Below, piece by piece: positions 20,017 through 28,800 of a stretch of DNA of 64,000 nt (the stretch's first letter is position 1; each line of letters starts with the position of its first letter). Below the pieces are notes generated by a model, which was not told the DNA's origin, made no database searches, and saw nothing but the letters and a program-made list of their open reading frames with translations. The position numbers and the translations under genes are program-made. Source of the DNA: Candidatus Eiseniibacteriota bacterium (GTDB lineage: Bacteria > Eisenbacteria > RBG-16-71-46 > JABDJR01); NCBI GenBank assembly GCA_963783375.1, contig CAWANH010000001.1, positions 32,001 to 96,000 on the forward strand, written 5' to 3'.

Positions 20017-21213
20017 TCAGCGCGCCTCGGTCCGGCCCCGGGCGGGATCCTCGCCCAGGAGGCGCCGGACCCGCCGAAGCAGGTGCCGGCCCGGGGTCTC
20101 CCGGCGGAGGTCGATCCGGGTCACCGCATCCCCGTGGCGTACCAGCCAGCTCAGGGTCAGCTCGGCCATCTCCGAGGCCTCGGCGGCGGTCAGGGGAAGA
20201 TCGGAGGCGCCGGGGAGACGACCGTCACCGCCACCCCCCAGAAATTCGGCGAGACGACGGGCCAGGGTCCGCGGCACCCGCGCCCGGCGCGGCGCGCGTT
20301 CCCAGTGGAATCGGCCGTCGCCGGCCACCAGGCACACCTCCACCCAACCCGCCTCCGCCGAGGGAAGCACCAGGAGGGCCGCGGCGCGGCGCCACGTCCC
20401 CCGGGGCCGGACGTGAACCCGTTCCTGGGTGTTCAAGGGGGGCGACTCCCGCCGGAGCCTGAGCTGCTCGCGAAGGAGCGCCTCCAGCTCGCTTCCCAGC
20501 ACCGTCCAGGTGAGCTTCACCGCCCGCTCCGCCAGATGCCGGCTCTTCTCCGGCTCGGCCGGCCGCGGACCGAAGTGCCGGGGCACCCGGGACCTGAGCG
20601 ACCGGGCCTTCCCCACGTAGAGCACGCGCCCTTCCGCGTCGGCGAAGGCATAAACCCCGGGGGCGTCGGGGAGGGCGTAGAGGGCATCCGCCAGCTCCGG
20701 CCGGGGGCGGGTCCCCGAGGGCGCCGCCGGGGGCAACCCAGGCGCCGTCCGCTCGCCGGATCCCACCGCCGTCTTCCCGTCCCGAACCATGCCGGGATTC
20801 GCGGCCTCCGCCCCGGCCGGGCCGGCCCCGGCTTCCGCCAGGCGGGCGGCCAGACCCTCCACCAGGCGCTCCCCCAGAGCCTCCGGATCCTCGATGTCCC
20901 CCAACCCTTCGGCCAAGAGCGCGGTCAGAGCCGGAAGCCCCCGCGGAGCGGCCAGACCCAACCGCCCCAGCACCGTGGCCAGGGGGAAGTCGGCGCCGGC
21001 GGTTCGTCGCACCTCGCCCCGACAGCGGAACGAGGCCTCGGTCCAGACGAAGCGGGCCGGCCAGTGGAGGAAGAGCGCCCCGGGGGGAGGCGGCAACGGC
21101 CACCTCTCGAAACCGGCCCGGACCGGGGCGGACCCGTCCCGCACCGCGACCAGAGTGCGGGGGGAGCCGGGGACGGGCTGCAGAGCGAGCACCAGCGGAG
21201 GGAGGTCGGACAT
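20017..21213 (-). CDS. GIY-YIG nuclease domain protein (UvrC/Cho N-terminal-like)
   Basis: LPDAPGVYAF..GRVLYVGKARSLRSRV..SELEALLRE..PPLN. N- and C-terminal regions not recognised. Confidence 0.75.
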   Translation of the reverse strand: MSDLPPLVLALQPVPGSPRTLVAVRDGSAPVRAGFERWPLPPPPGALFLHWPARFVWTEASFRCRGEVRRTAGADFPLATVLGRLGLAAPRGLPALTALLAEGLGDIEDPEALGERLVEGLAARLAEAGAGPAGAEAANPGMVRDGKTAVGSGERTAPGLPPAAPSGTRPRPELADALYALPDAPGVYAFADAEGRVLYVGKARSLRSRVPRHFGPRPAEPEKSRHLAERAVKLTWTVLGSELEALLREQLRLRRESPPLNTQERVHVRPRGTWRRAAALLVLPSAEAGWVEVCLVAGDGRFHWERAPRRARVPRTLARRLAEFLGGGGDGRLPGASDLPLTAAEASEMAELTLSWLVRHGDAVTRIDLRRETPGRHLLRRVRRLLGEDPARGRTEAR

Positions 21214-21264
21214 GGGGTCACTCTACGCGAAGCCCGAAAGCCCCGCGCCTGCCGGCCCCCGCGC

Positions 21265-22194
21265 TCAAGAGTCGGTCGCCGGCCAATCCGGCCAGCAGAG
21301 CCGGCGAAAATTGCAGCGCGTGCACACCGCGCGGTCGGCGGTCCGGGCAAAGCGCTCCTTCTCGGCCGTGTTCTCCGCCGGATCGGTGAGAAGCGCCCGC
21401 ATGGCCCCGATCGATTCCCGCATGTGCGCGGTACCCTCGGCCAGAGCCGCCTCGTCCAGGGTCACGATGTCCACGTCGCCGGTCAGGAGGTAGTGGAGTT
21501 CCCCGATCGAGCGCCGGGGATCCACCCCCCACTTGTTCCGGGCGAAGAGACCGTAGCAGACCAGCTGCATGCGGTCGTGATCCACCCCCGGGCGACCGGT
21601 CTTCCAGTCGATGAGGAGCGCGTTTCCCTGGTCGTTGGTGAGGGCGAAGTCCGGGGCCACGTAGACCTTGGTGCCCTCGAACTCGAAGGAATCCAGGGAG
21701 TCGATGGGGAGCCAGTTCTCGATCCGGGTCTCCAGGATCACCTCGCGGACCTTGGAGGAGAAGAAGTTGTCGAGGCAGGTGAAGACGCGGTTCCGCATTC
21801 GCTGCCATTCTTCGTCGGGGAGGTCCTCGCCGTATTCGTGCTCGAACAACCCGACCGTCCGCTTGGGACGGAGGCGGTACTGCCCCGAGCGCGATTCCTG
21901 GAACCCCTTCCGCAACATACCGAGAGCGGACCGCTTCGCCTCTTCCGGACCCACTTCGCGGCCGTACCGGTGCCGATTCAAGACGTCGGCCACCGTTTCG
22001 TGCACGACCTGGCCGGCGAAGGTGTACCGGTTCCCGAGGTTCTTGAGGATGTAGGCTTCGCGGGCGGCGGGATCGCCCTTGGGGTCCCATCCTCCCCAGG
22101 AACCGTAGTGCCGGTAGTAGTAGGCCCGGTGGCAATCGCTGAAGATGCGGTTTCGGGAGACCGACCAGGAGAATTCGTTCTTGAGGTCGCCCAT
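21265..22194 (-). CDS. PD-(D/E)XK RecB-like nuclease with putative Fe-S cysteines
   Basis: FSWS..DCHRAYYY, GQVVH, APD, IDWKTG, QLVCY, C-terminal CTRCNFRRLC. Start taken as ATG 22194. Confidence 0.82.
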   Translation of the reverse strand: MGDLKNEFSWSVSRNRIFSDCHRAYYYRHYGSWGGWDPKGDPAAREAYILKNLGNRYTFAGQVVHETVADVLNRHRYGREVGPEEAKRSALGMLRKGFQESRSGQYRLRPKRTVGLFEHEYGEDLPDEEWQRMRNRVFTCLDNFFSSKVREVILETRIENWLPIDSLDSFEFEGTKVYVAPDFALTNDQGNALLIDWKTGRPGVDHDRMQLVCYGLFARNKWGVDPRRSIGELHYLLTGDVDIVTLDEAALAEGTAHMRESIGAMRALLTDPAENTAEKERFARTADRAVCTRCNFRRLCWPDWPATDS

Positions 22195-22228
22195 CAAGCG
22201 GTCCCGCCGCGGCGACCGGGGGAGGATC

Positions 22229-22699
22229 TCAGGCCTCTTCCTCCTTGGTACGGCGGGGGGCGGCGCCGGTAAAGAGCGTGATGGGCATGCGTCCCGCGTA
22301 GCCGCCTTCCAGGGTATGCCAGGCCTTGATCCGGCTGTCCCCCTGCTTCCAGCACAGGAACACCAGCCGGTCGTTCTTGAGGGCGAAGAAATCGACGAGT
22401 CCTTCCTGGTAGGACTTCGGCACGCAACCGGATTGGAGCACCTCGAGCTGGATCGTCCGCATATCCTCGAGGAGGCTCTTCTCCAGGCCCTCCTTGGCCA
22501 CGAGCGCCTGGACGTCGGGGTTGGCCCCGTCACCCCCCGAGGAGGAGGCGAGCCGGAGCACGGCGAGGTCGCGCTGGCAGGCCTCGTAGCGGGCAAAGAG
22601 TTCCTGGAACCGGGCGAGGCGTCGGCGAATCAGCGGAAGCAGGGCCTCCGCCTCCTCCAGCGTGAAGAGCTTGGGGCCGAGAAGTCTCGGTTGAGCCAT
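22229..22699 (-). CDS. DUF2203 family protein
   Basis: FTLEEAEALLP, GLVDF, LCWKQGD, WHTLEGGYAGRMPI. Confidence 0.85.
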   Translation of the reverse strand: MAQPRLLGPKLFTLEEAEALLPLIRRRLARFQELFARYEACQRDLAVLRLASSSGGDGANPDVQALVAKEGLEKSLLEDMRTIQLEVLQSGCVPKSYQEGLVDFFALKNDRLVFLCWKQGDSRIKAWHTLEGGYAGRMPITLFTGAAPRRTKEEEA

Positions 22700-22768
22700 G
22701 GGGTGCCTCGCCTCCTACGGGTGGAAACCGCGTGCCTGATTTCAGGATATCAGAGGCCCCCGCCGGTC

Positions 22769-23671
22769 TCAACCGGGAGGGGCGGCCCCGCCCCCCGCGG
22801 CCAGCTCGAGATCGGCCTGAACCCGTTTCACCGCCGCGTTCACCTCGCCCCCGAACAGGGCCAGGTTGGCCGAGAGGTGCACCCAGACCAGCATGACCAC
22901 CACGGTGGCCATCGGCCCGTAGATCTTGTCGTACACCGCCAGGTTCCGGAGATAGGCGTTGAAACCGAGGGTGGCCAGGATCCAGGTCACGGTGAACACC
23001 AGGGCCCCCGGGGAGGAGACCCGCCGGCGCCGCTGCCGGAAGTTCGGGACCAGCCAGTAGATGAGATGGACCCCGGCGAAGACGATGAGCACGGAGATCG
23101 GCGTCTTGAGCGCGAGCACGATCTCGACGACATGGACCCGGAACCGCTCGAACCCGCTCAACCCGCTGGAGATGTCCTCGCCGAAGACCAGGAGCACGAA
23201 CCCCAGGAGCAACAACAGCGCGCTGGTCGCCACCACCGCCAGGGCGATGAGCCGGGTCCTCCACGCGGCGCGGGACTCCTCGAGGTGGTAGATGCGGGAC
23301 AGGGCGTGGATGAGAGCCTGGACCACGTTGCTGGCGGTCCACAGGGTGGTGGCGATGGCCACCGGGATCAGGCTCCGGGGCACCGGGCGACGGGCCAGCT
23401 CCAGCGCCTGGTTCATGAAGTCCTGGGTCCGGGCCGGAACCAGGCCCCCGGCGAACCGGGTGAGGCCCCGGAGGGTTTCCGGATCTCCGCCGATCAGGCC
23501 GAGGAGAATCGAGATCAGGAAGAGAAGGGCGAAGATGCTGAACAGGCTGTGAAAGGCGATTCCGGCGGCGTAGAAGGGAGCGTCGTCCCGCCACATCCCC
23601 AGCCAGCTACGCTTCAGGATGGTCGGGAAATGGGTGAACAGGGTGCCCATCTCGCCCAGGGAAGAGGACAT
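22769..23671 (-). CDS. YihY/virulence factor BrkB family membrane protein
   Basis: AAGIAFHSLFSIF, LWTASN, YWLVPN, PGAL, YDKIYG, LFGGEVNA. Confidence 0.88.
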   Translation of the reverse strand: MSSSLGEMGTLFTHFPTILKRSWLGMWRDDAPFYAAGIAFHSLFSIFALLFLISILLGLIGGDPETLRGLTRFAGGLVPARTQDFMNQALELARRPVPRSLIPVAIATTLWTASNVVQALIHALSRIYHLEESRAAWRTRLIALAVVATSALLLLLGFVLLVFGEDISSGLSGFERFRVHVVEIVLALKTPISVLIVFAGVHLIYWLVPNFRQRRRRVSSPGALVFTVTWILATLGFNAYLRNLAVYDKIYGPMATVVVMLVWVHLSANLALFGGEVNAAVKRVQADLELAAGGGAAPPG

Positions 23672-23675
23672 TCCG

Positions 23676-24428
23676 TCAGCCGCCCATCTTCTCCATCACC
23701 TCGTCGGGAATTTCGAAGTTCCCGAACAGCTTCTGCACGTCGTCGTGCTCCTCCAGCGTCTCGTAGAACTTGAGGAACTTCTCCGCCTCGTCCTCGTTCA
23801 GGGTCTTGGAGGTCTTGGCCACGCGGTCCAGGCTCGCCTCCTCGATGGGAATCCCCTTGTCCTCGAGCTGTTGCACCACGTCGTTCAGATCGGTGGCGGC
23901 GGTCAGCACCTGGAAGGTGTCCTCCTGGTCGGTGACCACGTCCTCGGCACCGGCATCCATGGCCGCCTCCAGGAGCGCGTCCTCGGTCACGCGGGAACGA
24001 TCCACGGTGATCGAGCCCTTCTGGTCGAACATCCAGGCCACCGAGCCCACCGCCCCGAGGTTTCCCCCGTACTTGGTGAACAGGTGCCGGATCTCGCTGG
24101 CCGTCCGGTTCCGGTTGTCGGTGACCGTCTCGGCCAGGACCGCCACTCCGTAAGGCCCGTATCCCTCGTAGACGATCTCATCGTAGGTGGTCCCCTCCAG
24201 CTCTCCGGTACCCTTCTTGATCGCCCGTTCGATGTTGTCCTTGGGCATGTTCGCCGCCTTGGCCGCGGCGACCGCCGTGCGGAGGCGGGGGTTCCCCCCG
24301 GGGTCCCCGCCCCCCTGGCGGGCGGCGATGGAGATCTCACGGATGAGCCGGGTGAACATGCGGCCCCGGGCGGCGTCCGCCGCGCCCTTCTTGCGTTTGA
24401 TGGTTGCCCATTTTGAATGTCCGGACAT
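23676..24428 (-). CDS. yebC: YebC/PmpR family protein
   Basis: MSGHSKWATIKRKKG, NPRLR, NMPKDNIERAIK, YEGYGP, TDNRNRT, LEEHDDVQ. Confidence 0.97.
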   Translation of the reverse strand: MSGHSKWATIKRKKGAADAARGRMFTRLIREISIAARQGGGDPGGNPRLRTAVAAAKAANMPKDNIERAIKKGTGELEGTTYDEIVYEGYGPYGVAVLAETVTDNRNRTASEIRHLFTKYGGNLGAVGSVAWMFDQKGSITVDRSRVTEDALLEAAMDAGAEDVVTDQEDTFQVLTAATDLNDVVQQLEDKGIPIEEASLDRVAKTSKTLNEDEAEKFLKFYETLEEHDDVQKLFGNFEIPDEVMEKMGG

Positions 24429-24434
24429 GGTCGG

Positions 24435-26519
24435 TCAGCTTCCTTCGGTTACTTCCCGTGCCGCCTTGGCGGCCTCGATGATTCGATCCGCCTGGTCGCG
24501 CGGGATCTCCTCGTAGTTGTTGAACTTCATGCTGAACCGCCCCCGCCCCTGGGTCATGGAGCGGAGCTGGGCATGATAGTGGTACATCTCGGCCGCGGGC
24601 ACCAGCGCCCGCACCGACTGGCCCGAGCCCTCCGGAGTCATGCCGAGGATGCGGCCCCGACGGGAGCTCAGATCCCCCATCACGTCCCCGGTGAAGTCGT
24701 CGGGCACCTGGACCTCGACCTCCATGATCGGCTCCAACAGCACCGCCCCGGCCTCGGGCATCAGCTTCTTGAACGCCATGGACCCGGCCACCTTGAACGC
24801 CATCTCGCTGGAGTCCACGGTGTGGTAGGACCCGTCGAAGAGGGTGACCCGGATGTCGACCACAGGATAGCCGGCCACCATCCCCTCGACCATGGCCTCC
24901 TTGACCCCCTTCTCCACCGCGGGGATGAACTTGTTGGGCACCGCCCCGCCCACGATCTGGTCCACGAATTCGAACCCCTCGCCGCGGGCGCGGGGCTCGA
25001 GTTTCAGCCACACGTCCCCGTACTGGCCCCGGCCGCCGGTCTGTTTCTTGTAGCGGCCCTGGCCCTCGGCGGGCCGGTTGATGGTTTCCCGGAAGTGGAT
25101 ACGGGGCTTCTTGAGTTCCACCTCCACGTGCTTCTCGCGCAGCTTGTCCAGGACCACCTCGAGATGGAGCTCACCCATGCCGTAGAGGAGTTGCTGGTGG
25201 AGCTCGGCGTCCACTTCCAGCTTCACGGTGGGATCCTCCTCCATGATCTTGTGGAGGGCCATCCCCACCTTGTCCTCGTCCCCCTTGTTCTTGGGGACGA
25301 TGGCTTCGGTGGTCACCGGGGCCGGGAAATCGACCGGCGGAAGGAGGTACGGTTTGGCCTTCATCGAAAGGGTATGCCCGGTATGGGTCGCCCTGAGCTT
25401 GACCGCGGCCGCAACGTCTCCGGCCGGGACCTTGGCCACCTCGGCCCGCTGGTTTCCCATCAGCGCGTAGAGCTGGCCCAGCTTCTCTGCGCTCTCGTGA
25501 TTGACGTTGTGGAGCTCCGAGCCGGAGGTCAGGGTGCCGGAGAAGACCCTGACCAGGGAGAGCTCGCCCAGGTGGGGTTCGACCACCGTCTTGAACACCA
25601 GGGCGACGGGCGGGCCGTCGGGATCGGGGGGAAGCTCCACCGCATCGTCCCCCAGGGTGGCGGACGCGGCGGGCAGGTCGGCGGGAGACGGGAAGCACAC
25701 CACCAGGGTGTCGAGGAGCCGGCGGGTGCCGAAATTGTGGGTGGAGCTGGCCACCATGACCGGGTAGGCCCCGCCCTTGGCCACCGCCATCCGAAGCGCG
25801 CCGAAGATCTCTTCCCGGGTCAGCTCCTGGCCCTCCAGGTACTTCTCGATCACGGTGTCGTCGAACTCCGCCACCGCCTCGATCAGGGCCTCGCGCGCCG
25901 TGGCCGCCCGGTCGGCGTAGTCAGCCGGGATATCCGCCTCGGTGGGTTCGTGCCCGGCATCGGAGTAGATGTAGGCCTTCATCTTGAAGAGGTCGATCAG
26001 GCCCTTGAAGTCGGGCCCGGCCCCGATCGGCAGCTGGAGGGGCACCATCTTCTCGGACAGGAGCGATTGGGCCTGGGCCACCACCCGGTCGAAATCGGCG
26101 TGCTCCTTGTCCATCATGTTCACGCAGACCATGGTGGGCATGTTCCGGGCTCGCGCGGCCTGAAAGGTGCGCTCCGCCCCCGCCTCGACCCCGGCCACCC
26201 CGTTCACCACCAGGAGGGCGCAATCCGCGACCCGGAGCGCCGAGGCCACCTCGCCGCCGAAATCGTCGTAACCGGGGGTGTCGAACAGGTTGATCTTGCA
26301 ATCCCTCCACTCTCCGTAGGCGGTTCCGAGATGAATCGAGATCTTCCGCTTGTGCTCCCCCCCGGCATAGTCCGTGGTCGTGTTCCCGGCATCCACCGAT
26401 CCGAGCCGGGTGATGGACTTCATGCTGTAAAGCATGGCCTCGGCCAGCGACGTCTTTCCGCTGGTGCCGTGACCGATCAAGGCGATATTCCTCAGTTTGT
26501 CCGTGGGGTAATCCTTCAC
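24435..26519 (-). CDS. fusA: Elongation factor G paralog (EF-G2 type)
   Basis: LRNIALIGHGTSGKT, DTPGYDDF, GMGELHLE, KKQTGGRGQYG, DGSYHTVDSSEMAF, LLEPIM. Not in an rpsL-rpsG-tuf context. Confidence 0.92.
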   Translation of the reverse strand: MKDYPTDKLRNIALIGHGTSGKTSLAEAMLYSMKSITRLGSVDAGNTTTDYAGGEHKRKISIHLGTAYGEWRDCKINLFDTPGYDDFGGEVASALRVADCALLVVNGVAGVEAGAERTFQAARARNMPTMVCVNMMDKEHADFDRVVAQAQSLLSEKMVPLQLPIGAGPDFKGLIDLFKMKAYIYSDAGHEPTEADIPADYADRAATAREALIEAVAEFDDTVIEKYLEGQELTREEIFGALRMAVAKGGAYPVMVASSTHNFGTRRLLDTLVVCFPSPADLPAASATLGDDAVELPPDPDGPPVALVFKTVVEPHLGELSLVRVFSGTLTSGSELHNVNHESAEKLGQLYALMGNQRAEVAKVPAGDVAAAVKLRATHTGHTLSMKAKPYLLPPVDFPAPVTTEAIVPKNKGDEDKVGMALHKIMEEDPTVKLEVDAELHQQLLYGMGELHLEVVLDKLREKHVEVELKKPRIHFRETINRPAEGQGRYKKQTGGRGQYGDVWLKLEPRARGEGFEFVDQIVGGAVPNKFIPAVEKGVKEAMVEGMVAGYPVVDIRVTLFDGSYHTVDSSEMAFKVAGSMAFKKLMPEAGAVLLEPIMEVEVQVPDDFTGDVMGDLSSRRGRILGMTPEGSGQSVRALVPAAEMYHYHAQLRSMTQGRGRFSMKFNNYEEIPRDQADRIIEAAKAAREVTEGS

Positions 26520-26841
26520 GACGATCTCCTCTATCCCACCCGTTCGTGAACGTCAGGGGCCCGCGGCCTCCGTCGGAGAGGGGCCCGTTGCTTCTGCTCG
26601 GAGTGCGCTCGCCCGGATCGGCGAGCCGACCCGCGCGCGCCGTCGAACCGCGGGTGCAAGGCGGGTTTCCGGACAAGAAGGGATCGGGAGAACGGCTTCC
26701 CGACGCGGGTCGCCGACCCCCTGCCGGAACCAGACCTCGTGAGCCCGCCGGGGTCGTTTCAGGAAGGACCGCCGCGGTCGCTTCGGGACTGGCTTCGCCG
26801 CCCCCGTCACGTTCACGAGCCGCCACCCCCGGAACCGCCCC

Positions 26842-26872
26842 AAAACAACCAAAAGGCCCCCGGGCGGGGCCT
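26842..26872 (-). terminator. Terminator/attenuator-like hairpin in EF-G paralog leader
   Basis: Minus strand AGGCCCC-GCCCG-GGGGCCT followed by TTTGGTTGTTTT, just downstream of the predicted promoter. Confidence 0.45.
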
Positions 26873-26890
26873 GGTCAATCGAGCCAAACG

Positions 26891-26919
26891 AGGGTATCAC
26901 CCCGGTTTCCGGGGGTCAA
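26891..26919 (-). promoter_or_regulatory. Promoter for EF-G paralog operon
   Basis: Minus strand TTGACC-N17-TACCCT with TGn extended -10. Confidence 0.5.
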
Positions 26920-26934
26920 GGAGCGGCGTTTCCC

Positions 26935-26964
26935 TTGATTTTGGAGGGAGAGGCCCTCTATTCT
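26935..26964 (+). promoter_or_regulatory. Promoter for STAS pair
   Basis: TTGATT-N18-TATTCT. Confidence 0.45.
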
Positions 26965-27017
26965 AGTCGTCTGCCGATTCTCCGGGTTGAAACCACGTTG
27001 CAAGGGGAGCCAAGCCG

Positions 27018-27362
27018 ATGAAATTCAGCTCGCGAAAGGCGGGGGACGTGGTCGTCTTTGACCTCAAGGGAAGTCTGGAAGGCGGCCCCGACACCTACAA
27101 GCTCAAGGAAGCGGTGAAGGAGAAGCTGGATGCGGGCGACCGGAAGTTCCTGCTGAACATGAACGGCGTGGACTACGTGAACTCCACCGGCGTCGGCATC
27201 GTGGTCTCGGTGTACTCGAGCATCGTGAACGCGAGCGGAGTGATGAAGATCTGCAACACGCAGGAGCGCGTTTCACGCATCATGATGGTTACGAAACTGC
27301 TGGAGGTCTTCGAGTCATACTACTCGGAAGACGAGGCGCTGAAGTCCTTCCAGTCGGCCTGA
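27018..27362 (+). CDS. STAS domain anti-sigma factor antagonist
   Basis: LKGSL, KFLLNMNGVDYVNSTGVG, TKLLEVFE. Confidence 0.9.
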   Translation: MKFSSRKAGDVVVFDLKGSLEGGPDTYKLKEAVKEKLDAGDRKFLLNMNGVDYVNSTGVGIVVSVYSSIVNASGVMKICNTQERVSRIMMVTKLLEVFESYYSEDEALKSFQSA

Positions 27363-27387
27363 CCCACGGAATGAGGGAGCATCGGTA

Positions 27388-27729
27388 ATGAAGTTCGCGA
27401 TGGAGAAGAAGAACGATGTCGTGGTGATCGAGCTCCAGGCCGCCCTCGAGGGCGGGCCGGACACCTTCGAACTCAAGGACGAGATCAAGGCGAGGCTGGG
27501 GGAAGGAAGCCGGAAGTTCCTCCTCGACATGCAGAGCGCCGGCTTCGTGAATTCCACGGGAATCGGCGTGGTCGTGGGCGTCTACTCCAGCATCAAGCAG
27601 GCGGACGGACAGCTCAAGATCTCCGGGGTGAGCGATCGCGCCCGCCGGGCCTTCGTGGTCACCGGCGTCTGGTCGCTGTTCGAGGTACACGACACCAAAA
27701 AGGAGGCCCTCGAGGCCTTCGCTTCCTGA
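27388..27729 (+). CDS. STAS domain anti-sigma factor antagonist (tandem paralog)
   Basis: LEGGPDT shared with the upstream copy; KFLLDM..FVNSTGIG. Confidence 0.9.
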   Translation: MKFAMEKKNDVVVIELQAALEGGPDTFELKDEIKARLGEGSRKFLLDMQSAGFVNSTGIGVVVGVYSSIKQADGQLKISGVSDRARRAFVVTGVWSLFEVHDTKKEALEAFAS

Positions 27730-27769
27730 TCCCCCGGACGACCCGGTTCGTTCGGATCCAGCGGGGTAC

Positions 27770-27801
27770 CGGACCGGGGCCCAACCGGCCCCGGTCCGTT
27801 T
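27770..27801 (+). terminator. Intrinsic terminator after STAS pair
   Basis: CGGACCGGGGCC-CAACC-GGCCCCGGTCCG followed by TTT. Confidence 0.6.
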
Positions 27802-27813
27802 CCCCCGATTCCC

Positions 27814-28800
27814 CTATCGCCGTTTCGATCCCGGGGCCGCCACCGGAGGCGCCGCGGGGGCCGGAGATTCGGTCTTGATCAGGTCCGCCCCCGGTTTGGC
27901 GAAGTTGTCGATCCGCCACTGCCCCACCTCGTAGACCGCGTCCCGGTCGGGGCGGGTCACGTAGCGCTGGTTCTTATCGTTCTTGTTCCCCACCGAGAGG
28001 GTGGTGGTTGTCCCGTTCATCATGCGGACGGCGATCGTCATCCCGGGGTCGGCGAGGCCGGTGTCCACGGTGTCGGGACGATCCAGGAACCCGTCGGCGG
28101 TGAAGTTCCCCAGGCTCCTCAGGGTCTGATCCACCTTGGTCTGTTCGGCGGGCACCGGGGGCTTTCCGGGAAGGGCGACCGTCCAGGTGCTGTCCGTCCG
28201 GGTCAGGTCCCAGCTCACCTCCGGAGAGGAGATGGCCGCCCCGGCCACCGCGTCCGGGTCGAACCGGAGAAGGGTGGCGTCGCGGAAGCCTCGCGGCCGG
28301 GCGAACAGGTTCCGGTTCATTCCCCGGACCACCACCACGTTCTCCGACCCGGCGGGGAGGACGTAGCTGGTGGTGAAATCCCGCCCCATCTTGCCCAGGA
28401 CGAACTTCGCCGCCGTCTCGTCCCCCGCGGACACGGTCACCGCCACTCCGCTGGAGTCCACCTGAAAGAGCCCCCGGTTCCCGGGGTTGGTGGAGGCGAT
28501 GCCCTGGGAGCGGGCGTCGGCCACCGCGCGAATGATGCTTCCCACCGCCGAGGTGTCGGCGGGAAAGTCGTTCCGGGAGTTCACCACCCAGCCGCCGGCC
28601 TTCTTCTCCAGCACCGTGTTGTCGGCTCCCCCGGTCTCGATGGTCACCCGGTCGGCCCGGGCGACCAGCCCGGGGTCGAAGAGCTGGGTCTCCTCGGGGT
28701 TGTCCTTCCGAATCGAGTCCTGGAACGGGTTCGCGAAGAGGAACACCAGCCCCACCAGGACCACCGCGGCCACCGCCAGGATCAGGAACGAGCGGTTCAT
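27814..28800 (-). CDS. DUF4340 domain protein
   Basis: N-terminal TM anchor; repeated W.V..PAD...V / GL..P motifs; usual position after gldG-like genes. Confidence 0.75.
   Translation of the reverse strand: MNRSFLILAVAAVVLVGLVFLFANPFQDSIRKDNPEETQLFDPGLVARADRVTIETGGADNTVLEKKAGGWVVNSRNDFPADTSAVGSIIRAVADARSQGIASTNPGNRGLFQVDSSGVAVTVSAGDETAAKFVLGKMGRDFTTSYVLPAGSENVVVVRGMNRNLFARPRGFRDATLLRFDPDAVAGAAISSPEVSWDLTRTDSTWTVALPGKPPVPAEQTKVDQTLRSLGNFTADGFLDRPDTVDTGLADPGMTIAVRMMNGTTTTLSVGNKNDKNQRYVTRPDRDAVYEVGQWRIDNFAKPGADLIKTESPAPAAPPVAAPGSKRR

Noticed and set aside
21265-22194. Cas4/CRISPR system
   Set aside because: No cas1/cas2 or other cas genes and no repeat-spacer array in the window; treated as a stand-alone RecB-like nuclease.
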